A stretch of DNA of 64,000 nt, taken from the NCBI GenBank assembly GCA_017516345.1, contig JAFXDC010000056.1, positions 13,813 through 77,812 of the forward strand. The letters are read 5' to 3'. Positions 30,184 to 37,558 of the stretch are shown here, in pieces. The notes below the pieces were generated by a model. It saw only the letters and a list, made by a program, of their open reading frames with translations, was not told the origin of the DNA and did no database searches. A program made the position numbers and the translations under genes. Position 1 is the stretch's first letter; every line of letters starts with the position of its first letter. This DNA is from Clostridia bacterium (GTDB taxonomy: Bacteria; Bacillota; Clostridia; Christensenellales; QALW01).

Positions 30184-30229
30184 AAACTTCCTTATGAGAA
30201 GGAGCCCTTTATGCGGTATTTTTTATTTT
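30184..30229. repeat. Right copy of the inverted repeat pair (partner 28903..28945)
   Basis: See the left copy. The shared core is 17/18 plus 17/17 nt in inverted orientation. Confidence 0.75.
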
Positions 30230-30241
30230 AATAGTATTTCT

Positions 30242-31063
30242 TTATTCAACTGTAATTGCCACGACCTCAGGCGGATTGAATAATCTTGGCGCCCATGTAC
30301 CGATGCCGCGGCTGATGACCATATGGGACTCCCCTGCCGTATGCACGCCCGAGGTGTATTTTGGGAAGAAGCCTTCACCGGGAGAATACAGGCTTATATC
30401 GGTCCCCGGAATGCGCCACTGACCGCCGTGAGCGTGACCTGCAAGCATAAGGTCGCAATATTGATGGTATTGCATCCTAAGGCAAAAATCCTCGGGATAG
30501 TGGTTTAATAAAATGCGGTAGCCCTCGGAATCTCTTAGCTGCTCAAGAGTTTTGGTCCTATCCTGAGAGTGAGCGCCGTTTCCAAGTATCGTCACCTTGC
30601 CCGCAGGGGTATCAAAGGAGACAAATTCATCAATGAGCATATATATCTTATGATTTTTGTCACTGACCGCCTCAATGTCCTGCAAAAAGACGTCAAGCCT
30701 CGGATAATGCGTTTCGTGGTTGCCGAGGATGCATACCACGGGCGCAATGCTCGCAAGGTCTTCAAGCAAGGTCACCATATCGGCATGTCTGCCCCTTATC
30801 TCGTCCACGGTATCCCCCGTCACCATTATAAGGTGCGGCTCGCACTCGCGCACCATATCAAGGATCTCGACGTTGTTCTTCCCTCTTACCGAGCAATGGA
30901 TATCCGAAAGATGTGCAAGCCTGAGCCCCTCCACCTTGTCGGAGGAAAGGATATGATCGGTTTTGACCAGCATACTACTGCTTATCAGCGCCCCACCAAA
31001 AGCACATGCAAGCAAGACCGCTATTATAATGATTATGACCAATAAGCGTGTTCTTTTTTTCAA
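30242..31063 (-). CDS. Membrane-anchored calcineurin-like metallophosphoesterase
   Basis: A TTG start at 31063 lies 7 nt after AGGAGG (the track ORF starts at 31129). Motifs: DIHCS, GDTVD, GNHE, NHYP, GHAHGG. Confidence 0.75.
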   Translation of the reverse strand: MKKRTRLLVIIIIIAVLLACAFGGALISSSMLVKTDHILSSDKVEGLRLAHLSDIHCSVRGKNNVEILDMVRECEPHLIMVTGDTVDEIRGRHADMVTLLEDLASIAPVVCILGNHETHYPRLDVFLQDIEAVSDKNHKIYMLIDEFVSFDTPAGKVTILGNGAHSQDRTKTLEQLRDSEGYRILLNHYPEDFCLRMQYHQYCDLMLAGHAHGGQWRIPGTDISLYSPGEGFFPKYTSGVHTAGESHMVISRGIGTWAPRLFNPPEVVAITVE

Positions 31064-31326
31064 GACGCTTCCTCCTTGTATTATTTGTACCGTTTGCTTC
31101 AGTATAGCACAGTTATCTCGCAAATGCAAGTAAAAAGCTCATCAAAGCAAGCATTCCGCACGTTTTTTCTTCGGATCGCCAAAGGTGCTCTACAGCGAGC
31201 CAAGATAAAAAAATACCGAAATTCTTACAAAAAAGTCAAAATAACTATTGCAAATTAAATAAGATGCAGTTAAAATATATCCAAAGTAAAACCGATATAA
31301 AATATTAATCATCTAAGGAGTTTACC

Positions 31327-34300
31327 ATGAAGAATCTTGCAAAAGAGTTTAAGGACCCCGGTGCGAAATATCGCGGCAAGCCGTTCTGGAGCTGGAACGG
31401 AAAGCTTGAGGTCAAGGAGCTGGAGCGTCAGATAGACGTGCTCAAGGACATGGGCATGGGCGGCTATTTCTGCCACTCAAGAACCGGCCTTGCGACAGAA
31501 TATCTCGGAGAGGAATGGTTTGAGCTTATAAACGCTTGCGCCGCAAAGGGCAAAAAGGAGGGCATGGAGACCTGGCTTTACGATGAGGATCGTTGGCCAA
31601 GCGGAACCGCGGGAGGTATAGTTACCAAAAACCGCGATTACCGCATACACTACATCCGCTTAAACGTCGCCGACGCATCCGATTTCAACTGGTCGGACGG
31701 TATCATCTCGGCATTCACCTTGACCCTTGACGGTCAGAGCTTTACAAACAAAAAGCGCATTTACGGCCCCGTTAAGCCCGATGAGGGCACGGTGGTGTAC
31801 TTTACAAGCGAGGAAATGGTTGAATACTCCTTCTATAACGGAGAGACCTACGTTGACACCATGAACCCCGAGGCAACCGCAGAGTTTATAAGGGTCACCC
31901 ACGACAAATACGCCGAAAAATGCTCCAAGGGCTTTAATAACGGCACCATTAGGGGTATTTTTACCGATGAGCCCCACCATGGCGGCATCATGACGGGCTT
32001 TGCGCTTCAGAATCCCGAGGGCCGCAACCTCACTCCTTACCCCAAGGATCTCTTCAAGCATTTTTACGATGCCTACGGCTATCATCTTGAGGATAATCTT
32101 CCCGAGCTTTATCTTTTCCCCGAGGGCGAGATGGTAAGCAAGGTCAAGTGGCACTATTGCGATCTGATCTGCAGTCTTTACATAAAGAATTATCTCATGC
32201 CCCTGCGCGCATGGTGCAAAAGCCACAACATCGAGTTTACCGGACACCTTCTGCACGAGGATTCCCTTGCCGCTCAGGCATCGGTCAACGGCTCCATGCA
32301 GAGGGGCTACGAGCATATGGACTCCCCCGGTGTGGACGTGCTTTGGGAGTTTAACTTTAACCATCAGATCGCCAAGCAGCTTCAGAGCTCTGCGCGTCAG
32401 CTTGGAAAGACCACCCTGTTAAGCGAGCTTTACGGCTGCTCGGGCTGGCAGATGACCTTCCAGAATCACAAGGCGGTGGGAGATTGGCAGAGCCTTTACG
32501 GCATAAACCTGAGATGCCATCACCTTTGCTGGTACACCATGAAGGGCGAGGCAAAGCGCGATTACCCGGGAAGCATATTCTATCAAAGCGAATGGTATAA
32601 GAATTATAAATACGTTGAGGATTACTTCTCCCGCATCCACGTCCTCAGAGACAACACCACCCCCGTGTGCGACACCCTCATCATGTCCCCCGTGGAAAGC
32701 CTTTGGTCGGTGGTGCATCCGGGCTGGTGCAACTTCTTTGATGCGGCAGACCCCTGCACGGTAAAGATCGAGCAGGATTACGTTGCCCTCTTTAAGCTTT
32801 TGGAGAGCAATCAGATAGATTTCGACTTTGGTGATGAGGAGCAGATGTCAAGGCTTTGCTCTGTGGAGAAGACCGATGACGGCGCCATCCTTCACCTTGG
32901 AAACGCAAGCTATCGCACACTTATCATCCCCACCTGTCTTACAATGCGCTCAAGCACTGTCAAGCTTGCACGCGAATTTGCACTTGCGGGCGGAAGCGTT
33001 ATATTCCTTTGCAAGCCTCAATACGTAGACGCGGTGAAGAGCTCGGAGGCACTTGAGCTCCCCGTTACCTATACCACTCTCGGCAGCGGTCTTATATCCC
33101 TGCTGAACAAAAACCCCTACGCAAGAGTATCAAGCGGCAAGGTTGCCATGCAGGTAATGCTCCACAGCGAGGGAGTGCTGCTTCATCTGTTGAATCTGGA
33201 TCGCGAAAACGGCGAGGATAACGTCAAGATCTCCTTTAAAAAGGATGGCTACGTGGAGAAATGGGATGTTCGAAGCGGCAAGGTCAGCCTGCTTGCCAAG
33301 GGCGAAAGGCCCGAGGTGGTGCTTGATTTTGCCCCGAGTCAGGAATACATGCTCATGCTCAAGGCTTCAAGCAAGGCGCGCGCTCAGAAGCAGTACCAAA
33401 CCGTAGCAAGACAGATCATCGACCAAGAGCTTTCCTACTGCCTTACCGAGCCCAACGTGGCTGTATTGGATATTGCCTCCTACTCTCTTGACGGCTCCGA
33501 GCAGAGCGCTCCCATGGAGATACTTAAGCTTGACCGCGAGGTGCGCACCAAGCTCGGTCTTGTATGGCGCAACGGCGAAATGCTTCAGCCCTGGTTCAAG
33601 CAAAAGGAGGGCCTTGCACAAAAGAGCGCAAGCGCGCCGTTAAAGCTCACCTTTAAGTTTAACGCAGAGCATCTGTGCCCGATTACCCTTATGATGGAGA
33701 CCCCCGAGCTCTTCACCGTTAAGGTAAACGATATCACACTTTCAAGGGTGTTGGACAAGACCTATATCGACCCCTGCTTCAAGCTTCTGCCCATCGATGC
33801 GGATATGCTCAAGGCAGGCGAAAACACCGTGACACTCGAGGGAACCTTCAACGACTCGGTAGATCTTGAGGCAATATATCTGCTGGGCGGCTTCGGCGTC
33901 AAGACCGACGGGGTCACCTGCTGTCTGACCAAGCTTCCTCAAAAGCTTCGCATCGGGGATATCACCACTCAGGGTCTGCCCTTCTACTCAGGAAGCATAG
34001 ATTATCTGCTCCCCCCCTTCAGCGTTGAGGGCAAGAGCAGGGTATATCTCAGCTTACCGAAATTCGAGGGCGCACTTGCGACGGTTCACGGCAACTCCAA
34101 GGAGTGCACCATCGCCTTTGCCCCCTACACCGCAGACGTTACCGAGCTTGCGGGCGACAACGCCTTTGTCCGCCTACATCTGACCCGCAGAAACACCTTC
34201 GGTCCCATGCACATGAATCCGGTGCGTCAGTTCAACTACGGCCCCGACACCTTCCACGCATGCGGCAAGGATTTTATGTATGACGATTATTCCCTCATCC

Positions 34301-34350
34301 AAAACGGCATCCTTGAGCCCATTGAGCTCGAGATCAAAAAGCCGTTGTAA
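31327..34350 (+). CDS. Large cytoplasmic glycoside hydrolase (family not assignable by eye; possibly GH106-like)
   Basis: 1007 aa with no signal peptide. The N-terminal pattern YRGKPFWSWNGKL...GMGGYFCHSRTGL..YLGEEWF...WLYDEDRWPSG is typical of a family annotated as glycosyl hydrolase in Firmicutes. Confidence 0.5.
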   Translation: MKNLAKEFKDPGAKYRGKPFWSWNGKLEVKELERQIDVLKDMGMGGYFCHSRTGLATEYLGEEWFELINACAAKGKKEGMETWLYDEDRWPSGTAGGIVTKNRDYRIHYIRLNVADASDFNWSDGIISAFTLTLDGQSFTNKKRIYGPVKPDEGTVVYFTSEEMVEYSFYNGETYVDTMNPEATAEFIRVTHDKYAEKCSKGFNNGTIRGIFTDEPHHGGIMTGFALQNPEGRNLTPYPKDLFKHFYDAYGYHLEDNLPELYLFPEGEMVSKVKWHYCDLICSLYIKNYLMPLRAWCKSHNIEFTGHLLHEDSLAAQASVNGSMQRGYEHMDSPGVDVLWEFNFNHQIAKQLQSSARQLGKTTLLSELYGCSGWQMTFQNHKAVGDWQSLYGINLRCHHLCWYTMKGEAKRDYPGSIFYQSEWYKNYKYVEDYFSRIHVLRDNTTPVCDTLIMSPVESLWSVVHPGWCNFFDAADPCTVKIEQDYVALFKLLESNQIDFDFGDEEQMSRLCSVEKTDDGAILHLGNASYRTLIIPTCLTMRSSTVKLAREFALAGGSVIFLCKPQYVDAVKSSEALELPVTYTTLGSGLISLLNKNPYARVSSGKVAMQVMLHSEGVLLHLLNLDRENGEDNVKISFKKDGYVEKWDVRSGKVSLLAKGERPEVVLDFAPSQEYMLMLKASSKARAQKQYQTVARQIIDQELSYCLTEPNVAVLDIASYSLDGSEQSAPMEILKLDREVRTKLGLVWRNGEMLQPWFKQKEGLAQKSASAPLKLTFKFNAEHLCPITLMMETPELFTVKVNDITLSRVLDKTYIDPCFKLLPIDADMLKAGENTVTLEGTFNDSVDLEAIYLLGGFGVKTDGVTCCLTKLPQKLRIGDITTQGLPFYSGSIDYLLPPFSVEGKSRVYLSLPKFEGALATVHGNSKECTIAFAPYTADVTELAGDNAFVRLHLTRRNTFGPMHMNPVRQFNYGPDTFHACGKDFMYDDYSLIQNGILEPIELEIKKPL

Positions 34351-34381
34351 TGCCGCGCCTTAAAAAGCGACAAAAGAACAT

Positions 34382-34416
34382 AAAAAAGCACCCTATCAGG
34401 GTGCTTTTTGATTTTG
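34382..34416. terminator. Terminator after the 1007-aa hydrolase gene (copy A of a duplicated terminator)
   Basis: AAAAAGCACCCT-ATC-AGGGTGCTTTTTG. The same hairpin occurs at 35438..35467. Confidence 0.75.
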
Positions 34417-34470
34417 TTTTATCAGTCCGGGACTTATAGCCGAGTCTTCCCACGAGGGCCTACACGGATC
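34417..34470 (-). pseudogene. Relic of the 3' end of a paralogue of the 35474..37351 gene
   Basis: ttatcagTCCGGGacttatagcCgagtcttcccaCgaggg aligns with ttatcagCCTACGAacttatagcTgagtcttcccaTggga, which encodes PMGRLSYKFVG-stop in the intact gene. The relic has a 1-nt indel and an in-frame stop about 9 codons upstream. Confidence 0.45.
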
Positions 34471-34497
34471 TGCGGCTTAATTACCCGGGCTTTTTAA

Positions 34498-35352
34498 TTA
34501 TTTTTTCCTTTTACCTATAATTATAACCACGACCGCCACCGCTGCAACAGCCGCCGCCACGCCTACCCAAAGCATCCAACCATTGTCCGTATTCTCAGGA
34601 TCGTTCGGCACCTCGGTGGGCGCGTCGGTCGCAGGAGCCTCGGTGGGCTCATCTGTAGGCTCATTTGTAGGCTCGACCGTGGGCTTTGAGGAGAGATCCT
34701 CCTGTGTGGTAAAGGCATAGAGCTCACCAAAGGATAACGTCTCGCCGTCATTTACCGCAAAGATGGGGGTTGCCATGCCGATCGAAGAGTCAAAATAATC
34801 GCTCTCGGTGCCGTTATTCTCCATGTACGCGGCAAAGGGAACGTATACGTAGCCCTCAAAGCCGCTCGGGATGCATAGAGCGCCCTGATTGTTGCCGCCG
34901 TTCCAGAAGGTATACTCGTCAATGCGCTCACCCTCTGCGGTAACAAGCACATAGTGGGCATAATCCGAAAGAATATAATTCTTGCCGTCTGCGCCGTTAA
35001 AGCTCATGCTGGCGGTCACGTCAAGCATTCCGTCGTTTTTGGTGTAGAAGCCCCATCCCGTCGCGCTTGCGGTCACCGCGGTCTGCTCGGCGTTAAGGCT
35101 CGGAAATGCGCCCCAGACGCTCATTTGATCTATTGTAATTACTCCGCCGCTGACAGGGGTCTCAAAGTCGGATATCCCCGGAGGAAGCCAAAAGCCCGCA
35201 AGCTGCGAGACCGTATATTCCCCGTCGGGGATAGAGGTAAAGTCATAAAGAGGTGTTACCGTAAACCCTTCGGGTGCAATAGGCTGCGCCGCTGCCGCTA
35301 CGCCGACGGCACAAAGCATAATTACCAAAAGCATTGTCATTATCTTTTTCAT
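34498..35352 (-). CDS. Hypothetical surface protein (signal peptide, PT/PE linker, C-terminal TM anchor)
   Basis: 284 aa. Signal peptide MKKIMTMLLVIMLCAVGVAAAA. Linker PTVEPTNEPTDEPTEAPATDAPTEVP. Anchor WMLWVGVAAAVAAVAVVVIIIGKRKK. Confidence 0.65.
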   Translation of the reverse strand: MKKIMTMLLVIMLCAVGVAAAAQPIAPEGFTVTPLYDFTSIPDGEYTVSQLAGFWLPPGISDFETPVSGGVITIDQMSVWGAFPSLNAEQTAVTASATGWGFYTKNDGMLDVTASMSFNGADGKNYILSDYAHYVLVTAEGERIDEYTFWNGGNNQGALCIPSGFEGYVYVPFAAYMENNGTESDYFDSSIGMATPIFAVNDGETLSFGELYAFTTQEDLSSKPTVEPTNEPTDEPTEAPATDAPTEVPNDPENTDNGWMLWVGVAAAVAAVAVVVIIIGKRKK

Positions 35353-35437
35353 GGTTAATAGCTCCTTATACGTTTAATTATAGCCTTATTATAATCTTCC
35401 GCCATGCCGATTGTCAATATTTTTTTCGAGCACAACT

Positions 35438-35467
35438 TAAAAAGCACCCTATCAGGGTGCTTTTTTA
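35438..35467. terminator. Terminator after the 629-aa lipoprotein gene (copy B)
   Basis: Same hairpin AGCACCCT-ATC-AGGGTGCT with flanking A and T runs. Confidence 0.75.
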
Positions 35468-35473
35468 GCTTTA

Positions 35474-37351
35474 TCAGCCTACGAACTTATAGCTGAGTCT
35501 TCCCATGGGAAGGCTTCTGCCGGTGACGTAGTAATCCATGATGTCGGTGGGATTCTCCACTCCGTCGGCTACCTTGAAGTAGAACTCGTTGCTTCCCTCA
35601 AGACCTACCGCGCTTCTGGGGATCTCAAGCTGCATTACCTTGCCGCTTACGTTTACCTTTGCATCGGCAACCTTGGTGCTTGTGCCGTCGGCGTTGAGCT
35701 TTTCAATGCTTGCTACACCGTTCTGACTTGAGCGGTTGATGACGTAATCATAGCATACCCAACCCGTGGAGCGCACCTCGCCTGCGGTTAAGAAAAGGTT
35801 CATCCAGTTGCCCTTGCCGTCGTTTTGAGTGATATCCGCATCAGACTCAACGTAGAAGTAGATGTTATTATCGTCCTTTGCAACCTTCACGGTCTGAAGA
35901 TTGTTTCTGGGGGCATCCATGGTATACTTAAGATTGCGCGCTGCGCCTGCGGCGTTACGGTCGTAGTTGGCCTTGCCGATATCGCGGTATACAGCCTTGA
36001 CCCCGTCCCACTGCGCAGTACCTGCGGTAATATCTATGGTATTCTTGCCGGTATCAATGCTTAAGGTCTTCTTATCCTCGCCCTTATAAGCGCGGATATT
36101 CTTGATGAACTGAATATAGTAAGCGTCGTTATAGCCGCCCTTCATCATCTCGATGTCACGGCTGTACTCAAGGCTTGCGGCATCGCAGAGCATATACTCG
36201 CCATCCCAGGGTTGCTTATAAGCGATCCATTCGTTCCAGCCTCCTACAAATACCGTGTCGGGGTCCTTTTCAATGGCGTAATCCCACATGCTCTGGAAAA
36301 GCTGACCCTCAAGTGCCTTCTCGGGCTCGTTCTTGCCGGTCTGCACGTTATAGCCGCGTCCCCAGTTGAGCCAACCCTTGTCCGCTCTTGTTATTGAGAA
36401 GCTCATGGGCACCATGGGGTGTGCCGCAACCGTAACGTTCATCATTCCCTGGTGAATTGCCTGAGGATACTGCCAGGTCATCCACGGGAAGCCGTCGGCA
36501 AGATAATCACTGTAATTATGATAAGGCCACTGAGGATTGCGGAAGGTGAAGAAATCCAGTATCTCCTGCTCGAAGGGCTTGGGATTATATCCGTTCTCTC
36601 CTCTGCTTTGAGCCTCTGCAATATCAAGCTTGGGATCGGTATAGGCAACTATAAAGGGCTTGCCGTCCACCATATACCAGGAATCCTTGAAGGTTCCGCG
36701 CTTATAGAACTCCTTATAAAGCTGTCTGGTGGTGGTCATGGAGCGGGAGTGAGTATAAAACGCAATGCGCGGCGGATCCCAACCGTCGGCAATAAACTCA
36801 CAGATTATCTCTGCGATCTTGGAATATACGCTTCTGTATGTAAGAGCGTTGGTGGTATCAAATACGATGAAATCCACACCTGCGGCGGTAAGAAGCTCCA
36901 TCTGCTTGCGAATAACGTACTCGTCCGCGCAGTTGTAGTAGCCCCAAAGAGGCTCGCCCCACCAATGCGCCTGACCGTTGGGGGATATCTCGTTATCGGT
37001 GTGGAACAAAACGTCCTGTCCGTGCTGAGCAAGTATCTTGGTGGCATCGTAGATATCGTTTGCCATGGGTTGACCCATCCACAGCCAGAAGAACAGGCCT
37101 ACCTCCTTGTTCTCTCTGTCGCCAACCGTGATGTCAAAGGTACGGCCAAACTGGTCGATACCCACTATCATGTGGTTGTTATATCCCTCGCCGTAAAGCT
37201 CGTCCGCATCTACCACCGAGTTATCGGGTGTCTCGCTGCTTTGCGGGCCCTCACTGCCCTCGGGCGTAGTGCTTGGCACTTCACATGCGGTAAAGGAAAG
37301 AAGCAATACCGCGGTCATGAACAGCACCAGCATGATCTTGATCTTTTTCAT
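35474..37351 (-). CDS. Lipoprotein, putative glycoside hydrolase with C-terminal beta-sandwich-like domain
   Basis: ATG 37351 lies 5 nt after GGAGG (the track starts at TTG 37363). The lipobox is LLSFTAC. The core HWWGEPLWGYYNCADEYVIRKQMELLTAAGVDFIVFDTTN resembles GH99/GH71-like TIM-barrel families. The family is uncertain. Confidence 0.5.
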   Translation of the reverse strand: MKKIKIMLVLFMTAVLLLSFTACEVPSTTPEGSEGPQSSETPDNSVVDADELYGEGYNNHMIVGIDQFGRTFDITVGDRENKEVGLFFWLWMGQPMANDIYDATKILAQHGQDVLFHTDNEISPNGQAHWWGEPLWGYYNCADEYVIRKQMELLTAAGVDFIVFDTTNALTYRSVYSKIAEIICEFIADGWDPPRIAFYTHSRSMTTTRQLYKEFYKRGTFKDSWYMVDGKPFIVAYTDPKLDIAEAQSRGENGYNPKPFEQEILDFFTFRNPQWPYHNYSDYLADGFPWMTWQYPQAIHQGMMNVTVAAHPMVPMSFSITRADKGWLNWGRGYNVQTGKNEPEKALEGQLFQSMWDYAIEKDPDTVFVGGWNEWIAYKQPWDGEYMLCDAASLEYSRDIEMMKGGYNDAYYIQFIKNIRAYKGEDKKTLSIDTGKNTIDITAGTAQWDGVKAVYRDIGKANYDRNAAGAARNLKYTMDAPRNNLQTVKVAKDDNNIYFYVESDADITQNDGKGNWMNLFLTAGEVRSTGWVCYDYVINRSSQNGVASIEKLNADGTSTKVADAKVNVSGKVMQLEIPRSAVGLEGSNEFYFKVADGVENPTDIMDYYVTGRSLPMGRLSYKFVG

Positions 37352-37482
37352 ATTAACCTCCAATAATAATTATTGCTCTAATTATATACTATTCCCTCTT
37401 ATTTTGCAATAGAAACTTTATGAATTTTATCGCTGTTAAGGCATTGCAAGGACCCGCACGCCTTGTTATACCCTTTCCCCTA

Positions 37483-37528
37483 CAAATACAAACACCGCGC
37501 ACACCTTGCCCCGGAGCAAGGTGTGCGC
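37483..37528 (-). terminator. Terminator after the nucleotidyltransferase fusion gene
   Basis: Minus strand: GCGCACACCTTGC-tccggg-GCAAGGTGTGCGC followed by GGTGTTTGTATTTG. Confidence 0.65.
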
Positions 37529-37558
37529 GGCGCGCGGCGCGGTCAAAGTGCCCCGAGC

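Noticed and set aside
36419-37366. 315-aa plus-strand ORF
   Set aside because: It is antisense to the 629-aa lipoprotein hydrolase gene, which has a signal peptide, lipobox, RBS and terminator. I treat it as a shadow ORF.
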